Part shown: piece after piece, positions 29,349 to 38,400 of the stretch
Position numbering within the stretch: position 1 is the stretch's first letter
How the letters are laid out: every line of letters starts with the position of its first letter
From: Candidatus Lustribacter sp.
GTDB taxonomy: Bacteria > Vulcanimicrobiota > Vulcanimicrobiia > Vulcanimicrobiales > Vulcanimicrobiaceae
Assembly: GCA_965277805.1 (NCBI GenBank)
Contig: OZ255842.1
Span: forward strand, 4,512,001-4,576,000
DNA: 64,000 bases
Reading direction: 5' to 3'
Translations under genes and position numbers: made by a program
Notes under the pieces: generated by a model
Told to the model about the DNA's origin: nothing
The model's database searches: none
What the model saw: only the letters and a program-made list of their open reading frames with translations

Positions 29349-29426
29349 CGATGCGGGATTACGGGGCATACCCGCGGGGAACGCGCTGAGCACTAATGTA
29401 CGATTCCGTCAAACATCGGAGATTTA

Positions 29427-30260
29427 GTGAAGAAGATTCTGACGCTCGTCGTGGCTGCAGTTCTTTTGTTGTCAGTTGCGGCAAGCCCGTACGCTAAGGC
29501 ATCAACCGATGGTCACGTGCTCCAACCGCTACCGCGAGATCTGGAAATTCAGTTAGCGCTCAGCGCTCTTCCGCCCTATCTCAGAGACAAGGCAACTGTT
29601 TATGTTTTGAATCCTGACAAGGGCTTTGATGTCGCCCGGCCCGGAACGAATGGATTTCACGCATTCGTTGCGCGAACGGGCGACGACTCGTTCCGGGGTA
29701 CTTGGCCTTTAAAAAAATATCGCGATGATATTCTCTACCCCATCTCGTTTGATAGTACAGGTGTGAAGGCAGGGATGCAGGTCTTTATTGATGCTGCTGC
29801 GCTGCAGGCTAGAGGCACGCCGCCTGAAGAGCTGAAGCAGATCATCCAAGAGCGTTACAAGACTGGCTATTACAAACCGCCGGTGCGACCTGGTGTTTCG
29901 TACATGATATCTCCCATCCTAAGAACGTATGTCAATCCGGAGATTAGTGACCAAGTCGCTACTACCGTCGTCCCTCACATAATGCACTATGCTCCCTACC
30001 TTTCCACGAAAGATCTCGGCGGTAAATTTCCAACACCGGAACAATTGCGTTTCTTCAGCACGCACGGGCGCTACCAGGACACGCCGTCTCCTTTCGTCAT
30101 CATGCACGGTATGCACGGGTATTTCATTCAGTTTCTCGGCGTAGCGGAAAGAGATGCCATCGTCAAGCAATACGCACCGATGCTCGCACGACTCTGCAGG
30201 ATCAAAGAAGCGTGGTGTTTGCCTGAGAAGTTGCCTTCGCTAGCGCCTGGGCAAATGTAG
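29427..30260 (+). CDS. Secreted hypothetical protein
   Basis: GGAG RBS; classical signal peptide (MKKILTLVVAAVLLLSVAA..AKA); no recognisable catalytic family. Confidence 0.8.
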   Translation: MKKILTLVVAAVLLLSVAASPYAKASTDGHVLQPLPRDLEIQLALSALPPYLRDKATVYVLNPDKGFDVARPGTNGFHAFVARTGDDSFRGTWPLKKYRDDILYPISFDSTGVKAGMQVFIDAAALQARGTPPEELKQIIQERYKTGYYKPPVRPGVSYMISPILRTYVNPEISDQVATTVVPHIMHYAPYLSTKDLGGKFPTPEQLRFFSTHGRYQDTPSPFVIMHGMHGYFIQFLGVAERDAIVKQYAPMLARLCRIKEAWCLPEKLPSLAPGQM

Positions 30261-30285
30261 GTAAGGGGACGACGAAATCAGCCGG

Positions 30286-30303
30286 TGGCACTCCTTTGGC
30301 ACC
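30286..30303 (+). promoter_or_regulatory. GGCAC direct repeat pair, 11-bp period
   Basis: TGGCACT-cctt-TGGCACC upstream of the DUF2182/DUF899 operon. Confidence 0.55.
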
Positions 30304-30408
30304 GTTGCAACGCTTAATGCGCCTATCCTACGGAAAAACCACCGATATGGAGTCGCAAAAGGGCGGCTGTTCGACCGCTGACCGCACCGATCGTAATAAG
30401 CGTGCACC

Positions 30409-31077
30409 ATGAGCGCGGCGTCTAAGCTTTTGCCGCTGGGCGGCCTAGCAATCATCGCGGCTGCCACTTGGGCCTATCTTTTCACCATCGCGATGACATT
30501 CACGAAGAACGTTATGACCATGCCGGACGGAGCCCTCATGACGGTCCCCATCGAGTGGGCGCCTGCGCATGTCATGCGCCTCTTTCTGATGTGGGCGGTG
30601 ATGACGGTGGCGATGATGCTACCGAGCGCATTGCCGGCAGCCGCACGACTTTCCGGTCCGCCGATGCTCCGCTTCGCGGGAGCCTACACGGCGGCGTGGA
30701 TCGCGTTCGCCGTGGCCGCAACGCTTTCACAATGGCTGCTGTCGTCAGCTGGTTTAATGTCCGATGGAATGGCGCTCTCCAACAAAATACTTGCCGGGGC
30801 TATCCTCATCGCGATTGGGCTTTACCACTTGACGCCACTGACGGCCCAAGATCTCGAACGCTGCCATAATCGCAAAGATTACGTCGTGGCCTGCCTCAGG
30901 TGCTGTGCGCCGCTGATGCTTATTATGTTCGTCGTCGGGACCATGAACCTGACATGGTCGATTGGACTCACCCTCTTTGTCGCGACGGAAAAAGCTTGGA
31001 ACCGCGGCGTCTGGCTCGCGTGGGTTGGAGGATTGACCCTCGTTACCTGGGGAGCGTCGCAACTCTTGAGCACATGA
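30409..31077 (+). CDS. DUF2182 predicted metal-binding integral membrane protein
   Basis: MWAVMTVAMMLPS, GLYHLTPL, CLRCC and VGTMNL.W...EK motifs. Confidence 0.85.
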   Translation: MSAASKLLPLGGLAIIAAATWAYLFTIAMTFTKNVMTMPDGALMTVPIEWAPAHVMRLFLMWAVMTVAMMLPSALPAAARLSGPPMLRFAGAYTAAWIAFAVAATLSQWLLSSAGLMSDGMALSNKILAGAILIAIGLYHLTPLTAQDLERCHNRKDYVVACLRCCAPLMLIMFVVGTMNLTWSIGLTLFVATEKAWNRGVWLAWVGGLTLVTWGASQLLST

Positions 31078-31087
31078 AGTCAGCTAG

Positions 31088-31819
31088 ATGTCAGCAACCG
31101 CGGCGTCGCGCACGATCGAGATCGAGCGAAGCGCGAAAGGATCGTATATCGTGGATTCAAGTCTCTTGATGCCGGGAGCCGGAGAAGAGTACCGGCTCTC
31201 GCGGGATCGCCTTCGCTCGGCAGAAATCGACTTACGCGATCGCATTGAGGCGGTAGCGGCGATGCGCCGAGAACTGCCACCGGGCCCGCCCGTTCTAGAT
31301 TACGCTTTCATCGAAAGCAACAATCGCGTTCGCCTCTCGCAGCTATTCGCTGCGGATAAGCCGTACTTGATTGTCTATCATTTGATGTATTGGCCTGATG
31401 ACGGTTCATTCTGCCCGAGTTGCTCGATGTGGATCGATGGATTCAACGGCATCGCTCCGCACATCACGCAGCAGGTAAACTTCGTTGTTGCCTCCCGAGC
31501 CCCAATCGAGCGAATCCATGAGTGGGCGGAACATCGGGAGTGGCGTCGCCTGCGCTTTCTTTCCGACGAGGGAGCGGTTTTCGCGCAACATATTGGCGCC
31601 GAAGATGGCGAAGGCAACCCGGATTCGACGATTGCCGTGTTCGCAAAAGAGAGCGGCGGCGTTCGCCACGTCTACACTGCGCATCCGACGCTGGAGGGGC
31701 GCGGTCAAGGCTTGGATTTGCTGACTCCGGCGTACGCACTTCTCGATCTTACGCCGGCCGGCCGTGGCGACTGGGATCCATCGAATGAGGCATTCGACGA
31801 ACAAGTGTCCCTCTGTTGA
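31088..31819 (+). CDS. DUF899 family thioredoxin-like protein (CPSC)
   Basis: VAAMRRELP, LIVYHLMY, CPSCS and LLDLTPAGR motifs. Confidence 0.88.
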   Translation: MSATAASRTIEIERSAKGSYIVDSSLLMPGAGEEYRLSRDRLRSAEIDLRDRIEAVAAMRRELPPGPPVLDYAFIESNNRVRLSQLFAADKPYLIVYHLMYWPDDGSFCPSCSMWIDGFNGIAPHITQQVNFVVASRAPIERIHEWAEHREWRRLRFLSDEGAVFAQHIGAEDGEGNPDSTIAVFAKESGGVRHVYTAHPTLEGRGQGLDLLTPAYALLDLTPAGRGDWDPSNEAFDEQVSLC

Positions 31820-31851
31820 CACCTCGAACCTTGACCAGATCGGAGATAAAA

Positions 31852-32634
31852 ATGCAGACATCGTATGAGAACAGCAGCCATGGCGAACCGCATATGAAAA
31901 CGCCGCCGGTTGTGTCGCCGCAAGAGTGGCAGGCTGCGCACGAACAACTGCTCGCAAAAGAAAAAGCCCAGATGCAAGCCCATGACGCGCTTGCGGCCGA
32001 GCGCCGGCGGATGCCGTGGGTGGCTGTTCAGAAAACGTACGAATTCGAGGGGCCAGAGGGCCGGGTTAGCCTGCTCGACCTGTTCGAGGGCCGCCGGCAA
32101 TTGATCGTCTACCGCGCGTTTTTCGAGCCCGGAGTGTTCGGGTGGCCCGAGCACGCTTGCCGCGGCTGCTCACTCGGGGCGGATCAGGTTTCCAATCTCG
32201 CCCATCTCCACGCGAGAAACACGACGCTTGCGTACGTGACGCGCGGACCGCAGGAGGCGGTCGCACGCCTCAAACGCCGCATGGGTTGGGATATGCCATG
32301 GTACACAATGACCGACGCTTTCGACTCCGACTTCGGCGTCGATGAGTACCACGGCCACAACGTATTCTTTCGCGATGGCGAACGCATCTTTCGCACCTAC
32401 TTCCGAAACTGGCGTGGGGATGAGGAGATGGGGACCGTCTGGAGCTACCTCGACATTACGCCGCTCGGCCGTCAGGAAGCTTGGGAAGACTCGCCGGAAG
32501 GCTACCCGCAAACCCCGCCCTACGAGTGGTGGAACTGGCACGACAACTATGACGCCGAGGCCTCGCCCAACCCCGCGTGGGTCCAGGTGTCCGAAACTGG
32601 TACAGCCGCATTCCAAAAGCAGCACGAAGCGTAG
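31852..32634 (+). CDS. DUF899 family thioredoxin-like protein (CRGC)
   Basis: ERRRMPW, LLDLFEGRRQLIVY, CRGCS and LDITPLGRQE.WEDSPEGYPQ motifs; GGAG RBS before ATG 31852. Confidence 0.9.
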   Translation: MQTSYENSSHGEPHMKTPPVVSPQEWQAAHEQLLAKEKAQMQAHDALAAERRRMPWVAVQKTYEFEGPEGRVSLLDLFEGRRQLIVYRAFFEPGVFGWPEHACRGCSLGADQVSNLAHLHARNTTLAYVTRGPQEAVARLKRRMGWDMPWYTMTDAFDSDFGVDEYHGHNVFFRDGERIFRTYFRNWRGDEEMGTVWSYLDITPLGRQEAWEDSPEGYPQTPPYEWWNWHDNYDAEASPNPAWVQVSETGTAAFQKQHEA

Positions 32635-32649
32635 ACGAGAGCATAAAAG

Positions 32650-33417
32650 ATGAAAAAAAAGACATCGATGACCAGAGATCGGCAGGCAATGGATGTTGTT
32701 ACAGGAGCGATGCCGCCGGTCGTTGACCGGGACAGTTGGCAAGCGCAGATAGATGCTCTGCTTATCATTGAGAAAGCGCACACTCGCGCGGGTGACGCGA
32801 TCGCCGCGGCGCGTCGGAGATTGCCGATGGTAGCAGTCGACCCCGAAATCACACTTGTAGGGCCCAACGGGCCGGTGACGCTACTGGACACGTTCGAAGG
32901 CAGGCAGCAACTCGTAGCGTACTATCACATGTTTTTCCCCGGCAAAGCCGCCGCCGAACAATGCGAGGGTTGTACGTTTTTCAATGGTCAGGTGCGGGAG
33001 CTAGCGTACCTGAACGGGCGCGGCATTACCTATGCGACGTTCTGCTGGGGGCCCTACGATGAAAGCGTTCGCTACCGTGATTTCATGGGCTGGGACGTGC
33101 CTTGGTATTCGGTTGGAAAGTCGGCTGATCAACTGCGCGCCGGCAGGCCGTTCAACGAGTTCTTCCTTGCGTGTTATCTAAGACACGATGACAAGGTGTT
33201 CGAAACGTATTGGACACGGGGTCGGGGTATCGAAGGCATGAGTCCCACCATGGGGATCATGGATAAGACAGTATACGGACGCCAAGAGGATTGGGAAAAC
33301 TCTCCCGCCGGTTGGCCCCAGTCGGACGTCATGTCATCGCTGCGCAGCGACGGGCGCCCAAAGGCTCAGTGGGCCCGCGTAAAGGCCGGGCGCTCTGACG
33401 ACCTTCTAACGGGATAA
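32650..33417 (+). CDS. DUF899 family thioredoxin-like protein (CEGC)
   Basis: ARRRLPM, LLDTFEGRQQL, QCEGCT and YGRQEDWENSPAGWPQ motifs. Confidence 0.9.
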   Translation: MKKKTSMTRDRQAMDVVTGAMPPVVDRDSWQAQIDALLIIEKAHTRAGDAIAAARRRLPMVAVDPEITLVGPNGPVTLLDTFEGRQQLVAYYHMFFPGKAAAEQCEGCTFFNGQVRELAYLNGRGITYATFCWGPYDESVRYRDFMGWDVPWYSVGKSADQLRAGRPFNEFFLACYLRHDDKVFETYWTRGRGIEGMSPTMGIMDKTVYGRQEDWENSPAGWPQSDVMSSLRSDGRPKAQWARVKAGRSDDLLTG

Positions 33418-33505
33418 TGAGTTCAAGACGTTGCCGCTTGGCTGAGTGGCCGCAAAGCCGGGTATCAAATTAACAGCATCCAAATCCGAGACGAGGGTGG
33501 GAAGC

Positions 33506-33829
33506 ATGCCAAAGTTCCTTACAATTGGATACGGCGATGAAGCGGGGTACAATCGAACGCCACCCGCCGTACGCGACGCCGCGCATGCGCATGATGCACA
33601 TTTACGTAACGCAGGAGCCATCATTGGTATGGCGGGCAGCCCGCTGCAGGTGCGGAATCCAGTTGGGGAAGGCGTGCAAACGACTCCGGGAGCTTTCATG
33701 CACTCTGACCTGCCAATCGCGGGTTTCGGGTTGATCGAAGCAGCGAATGTCGAAGACGCAATTGAGAAGGTTGCCCAGACACCGTGTGCTGTGGGGTACG
33801 GCGTTGTGGAGGTATGGCCGCTAGAGTAA
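33506..33829 (+). CDS. YciI family protein
   Basis: MPKFLTIGYGD...IAGFGLIEAA..EDAIE....PC....VVEVWPL pattern. Confidence 0.8.
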   Translation: MPKFLTIGYGDEAGYNRTPPAVRDAAHAHDAHLRNAGAIIGMAGSPLQVRNPVGEGVQTTPGAFMHSDLPIAGFGLIEAANVEDAIEKVAQTPCAVGYGVVEVWPLE

Positions 33830-33918
33830 AAACCTTTAGGCGGTTAAGCGCTCGTACCATCGCGCAATGAAGTGTGTTTTGCGGAACCGTATAGTGGCCA
33901 TCGCACAGCATATCGCAA

Positions 33919-34683
33919 CTACGCCGTCGACACCACGCGCAGCGGTGTCGTGCGGCGGGTGAGTTCGCGTTCGCGTACCGCAACGAGCGTAGGGCGGTCT
34001 TCGAACGGCGTGCACGTGATGATCGTGCTGGCGCCGGGAGCGGAGCGCTTGTGTTTGCGCACGGTGGCGCGGATGTCGTAGCCGGCGAGTTCGCACAGAT
34101 GCCCGCCCTCGCCGTTCCAGCGCACGCGTTCGATCGCGGTCTCGAGCCGCACCGATGCGAAGTAGCGCAGTTCGCTCGATGCCTCCACGCCGAGCGCGAC
34201 GAGCAACGTGTTCGCGCGGTGCGCGAGGCTCGCGAGACGCGTCCACGTGGCCGAGCCCGTGCCGCGGCCGCTCGGGAGCGCCGGGATCACGACCACGCCG
34301 AACGCGCCCGAGCGCAACACGATGTCGGCGGCGCGCGCCGCGCCGACCGGGCCGCTCACCGGAACGCACATCAGGCGTTCGAGCCGCACGCCGGCGGCAG
34401 CGAGGGCCGGCGGAAAGAGTTCGGTGCCGATCAGCGCGCCGAGGCCGCGGCTGGTGGCGACGGCTAGGAGGCGCGCAGCGAGCGCGCTGCGTCCGGAACT
34501 GGGTGCGCCCTCGAGCGCGGCGATCGTCCCGCGCGGGAAGCCGCCGCCGAGGATGCGGTCGAGGTCGGCGAGCCCGGTGCGCAGCACCTCGTCTTCGCCC
34601 CGGGTAAATGCGGCGGCCGAGGCCTCGCGGTGGCGCTGGTCGAGGGTCTCGCGAAGGGCGGCGAACGCCGAATCGACTGGCAT
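33919..34683 (-). CDS. imuA: RecA-like ImuA family protein
   Basis: TGLADLDRILGGGFPRG and degenerate Walker A GAPSSGRS; short RecA core; SOS box upstream. Confidence 0.75.
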   Translation of the reverse strand: MPVDSAFAALRETLDQRHREASAAAFTRGEDEVLRTGLADLDRILGGGFPRGTIAALEGAPSSGRSALAARLLAVATSRGLGALIGTELFPPALAAAGVRLERLMCVPVSGPVGAARAADIVLRSGAFGVVVIPALPSGRGTGSATWTRLASLAHRANTLLVALGVEASSELRYFASVRLETAIERVRWNGEGGHLCELAGYDIRATVRKHKRSAPGASTIITCTPFEDRPTLVAVRERELTRRTTPLRVVSTA

Positions 34684-34692
34684 GGGAGCCCG

Positions 34693-34721
34693 ATAATATC
34701 GAACATATGTTCGATTGTCAA
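34693..34721 (-). promoter_or_regulatory. Sigma70 promoter TTGACA-N17-TATTAT with LexA box TCGAACATATGTTCGA in the spacer
   Basis: -35 at 34716-34721 and -10 at 34693-34698; perfect palindrome 34698-34715 matching CGAAC-N4-GTTCG. Confidence 0.9.
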
Positions 34722-34731
34722 CGGCCTGAGG

Positions 34732-35424
34732 CTACAGAGGCGGGCCTTGGTAGCAGATGCAGACGTGCTCGAGGAGCGCGTCGCGTGAGGTGACCGCGAG
34801 CTCTTCGTTCACGTAACGGATGCATTCGAGTTCTTCCAGCGCGGCCATCGGCGCGCGAACTTGCGCGTCGGGAACGCCGAGCATCATCGAGATGAACTCG
34901 GCACGCAGCGGGAACTGTTCGCGGCCCGTTTGGTCTTGCATCATGAGGATCCAGCGCGCCGCGCGCTGTTCGATACTATGTGCGAAATTGCACGCGACGG
35001 TCTGTTCGCTGGAGAACCATTGCCGGCGCAGCGATTCGCGCACCGCCCTAAGAAATGCCGGACTGCAATCCAGCGCGCGCATAAATTCATCATTGGAAAT
35101 TTGCGCGACGCGTCCGGTCGCTTGACAGAGCACCGTGCGCATCGCCGCATGTGCACCGAGCGCGAGTTCGATGCCGGCCGCACCGGCGCGCCCGACCACG
35201 TCGACTTCGTACATCTGTCCGCGTTCGAGTTCGACGACGATCGAATACACCGCATCGATCGGAAAGTGCACGCTGCTGATCGCTTCGTCGCGCGCAAGTA
35301 AGACCGTCGTCTCTTCTTCAAGAAAGACAACGAGCCCAGGCAATAGGTTCTCACGCTCCACCGGGCTGAGGCGATCGAGAATGGCATTACCGCCGGGGTA
35401 CCCGCCTGCGGCTCGCGGATCCAT
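34732..35424 (-). CDS. Crp/Fnr family transcriptional regulator
   Basis: GNAILDRL, VHFP, ACN..HSIEQRAARWIL and EFISMMLGV HTH; ends LLEHVCICY. Confidence 0.85.
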   Translation of the reverse strand: MDPRAAGGYPGGNAILDRLSPVERENLLPGLVVFLEEETTVLLARDEAISSVHFPIDAVYSIVVELERGQMYEVDVVGRAGAAGIELALGAHAAMRTVLCQATGRVAQISNDEFMRALDCSPAFLRAVRESLRRQWFSSEQTVACNFAHSIEQRAARWILMMQDQTGREQFPLRAEFISMMLGVPDAQVRAPMAALEELECIRYVNEELAVTSRDALLEHVCICYQGPPL

Positions 35425-35476
35425 AGTACCAGCCTACCCTAAGGCTTCCGCCTCAACCAGCGCGCTTGCGTACCAT

Positions 35477-38400
35477 TTAGCGAAACTTACGCTGGTACGT
35501 CAGCACCACGCCCGAGGTACCGGGCGGCGGCTCCAGGGCTTGTAGGGTGAAATTCGTCGGCGTGGCCGGGGTGAAGAGCTGCTGGGTTGTGAGTATCGAC
35601 GGCGTCTCATTGCCGGCGTTATAGAACGTGAGCGCAACCGCGCCGTTGTGCGGCAAGCTGTAGTTCAGCGCGATCGCCTGGCGTTCGTCGCCGCCGAATG
35701 TTTGGTTGAACGATGCATACAGGTTCTTGCTCAACTGTTTGCGCGCGCCGGCCGAGAGCCCGGTGCCGAAATCGTAGCCCAGCGCCAAATCTTCGAAGCC
35801 GAGCGCTTGCCCGATTCCGGCGCCCACCGGCTGCAGTAAATTCTGCGTGAATTCTTGGCTGAGGAAACCACCCGCGATGCCGCCCGCGTCGATCCCGCCG
35901 CCGCCCGAGGCGGTTTCCACGCCGGGCACGGCACCAAACGCCTGCGCGTTGACGAGCAAGCCGAGGATCTGTTCCTTGTCGTAACTCGGACTCGACGCAA
36001 GATCGAGGTTGAGGTTTGTTGCCGGTCCGGTAACGGTCAGCAAGATGCTCGTGCTGGGGTCGGAGATCGTCGTCGTCGCGGTCGCATCGACATTGGGAAC
36101 CAAGCCGTTACTGGGTTCAAACGTAACGGTGGCTTGGTGCAGCACGAACGTGCGGTAGAAGCTCAGCGTGCCGTCGGTCGACGTCATGCGGCCGCTCAGT
36201 TCCGGATGCGCGAGGTTGCCGCTGACCGTCACCGCGCCGCGCGCGCCGATGTCGACGCCGGGACCCGTCACGCGTACGTCGTTGCCGGCTTGCACGGTCA
36301 GGTTGAACGCCACCGTCGGCGGCACGCGCGTCTCCCCGTTCGTCGGCGCCTTCGGAATCAGCGCTGCCAGCGGCAAGCGCGTCTTCGAGAAGGCGATGTT
36401 CCCGCTGAGCGTAGGAATGCTGTTTTGCGGCTTGTCGGCGGTGAGCGCACCGTCGACGGTGCCGCGGAAGAGGTTCGCGATGTTGAGCACCGCGTTCTTG
36501 GCAGTGAACTGCGCGTTGTAGGCCAGCGTGCGCTGCAGATCGCGCAGGCTGCCGAACGTGGCGTTGGCCGCGCCGTCGATCGTGCCGCCGCCGATGTCGG
36601 CATGCACGTCGGTCAGTTGCGCTTGTGTGCGCGCGAGGGTGAGCCGCGCGCGGCCGTTGGTCAGCGCGGAACGCAGCAGGTTCGATGAGTAGCTGCCGCC
36701 GGCGAGCGTCATCGTGCCGGTGATCGCGGGGTTGTCTTGCGTGCCGCTCGCCGCGATTTGGCCGTCGATCGTGCCGCCGACTTTCGCGCTATCCGGCAGC
36801 AGCGGCGCGAACTGCACGAGATCGATGTCTTCGGCGCGTAGCGATGCCGTGAGCGGGGCGGTGCGCAAGCCCGGCGTGGGCGTGAGAGCAATCGGCAAAG
36901 TCGCGGTGGCGAGCAAGCGTCCGCGTACGAGATCGGCTTCGAACGCCTGCAACTGCAGCGTTTGCGGATCGGCGGCGAGCTGCGCGTGCATTTTCGGCAC
37001 GGTGTACTTGCCGTTACGCACATTCGTCGCATCGATCGTCGATGCGAGATGCGGGGTGCTGCGCGAGCCGCTGACGTTCACGGTCGCGTTCACGGCGCCG
37101 CTCACGTCGAGTTTTGCGCCAAGGCTCTTCGCCAGCACGCCGACGTCGTCGCTCTGCGCGTGCAGCGCGATCGCCACCGGATCGCTTGGACCGTAGCCGA
37201 ACGTTCCCGATGCATCGGCCGTCAAGCCCGGGCCGGCGAGTCGTAACGCGCTGACGTGCGCCGTGTGCGCGTCGCCGTTCGCGGCGAGCGTGAGCGTCGA
37301 GAGCGGATAACCGCGCACGAGCGCGTTGTTCACCGCGGCGGTCGCGTCGAAGGCCGGCGCGGCCGGCGTGCCGGTGACGTGCAGCGTGCCGTTCGCCATG
37401 CCGAGGATCGGTTGCGTGATGCCCGCAGTCGGCAGCCACTGCGCGAGGTCGAGGTCCGCGAGCGTACCGGTCGCCGCGATCGTGGTGCGATGCTGCACGT
37501 CGCGCAACGGATCGGCGGCGGGGAACGTGACGTCGGTGGTCAGCGCGATCGTACCGTGGTCGGTCTGCACGTTGCCCGTACCGTGTACCGTGCGTCCGCG
37601 CGTGTTCCAGTTCGCCGTGACGGTGCCGACGTTGAAGCGGTGATAGCGCGCGTCGTCGATGCGCACGTCGCCGCTCGCATTCATCCCGGTATGGGAGAGC
37701 GCAGCGTCGGCGACGACGTGGCCTTTGCCGCCGAGCGTATCGGCTGCATCGAAGTAGTCGTCGAAGTCGGCGAGGTCGACGCGCGGCGCGCGCACGGCGA
37801 TCCGTTGCGTGCCGGGTGCGACGTCGCCCGAGAACGCGATTGCGGTCGTGCCGACGGTGACGCTGCCGTTGCGCGCGCTGATGCCGCCCGGACCGCCCGC
37901 GATCGTGGCGCCGGCGTGGTTGAAGTTCAGGCCGTTGAGCGAGCCCTGCGGAACCGAAACGGTGCCGGCGAGTTGCGGCGCGTTCGCCGGGCCCGTCGCG
38001 TGCAGGGCAGCGTCGATCTCGCCTTCGGGATAGCGCAGCGGCAGCTTCAGCGCCTTTGCGATCGGCGCGATCTGCGCGCCGTGCAAGTTCGCAGCCACGT
38101 CAAGTTCCGGCGGCGCGCTGCCGGTGAGGCCGCTCACGTCGCCGCTTGCCGTCGCGTAGGAGTCGAGCGCGAGTGCGGTCGCATCGTTCACGTGCAGCGT
38201 GCCGCGTTCGTAATGGGCGAAGGCGTTGGCGGAGAGATCGATGCCGTGCCAGCCGGCGCGATCGACGAGCACGGCCACATTGGCGCTCGGCGCGTCGAGC
38301 GTTCCACTTACGCGCGCGTTCGCGCGCAGCGTTCCGCCGCTCAAGGGCACGCGGCTGCCGGCCAGCGTGCGCAGGTCGAGCGCGCTGGTCGTTGCGCGCA

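Noticed and set aside
33919-34683. Calling this gene recA or radA
   Set aside because: Too short, Walker A Lys replaced (GRS), and it lacks the RecA C-terminal motifs and the RadA zinc finger/Lon domain.
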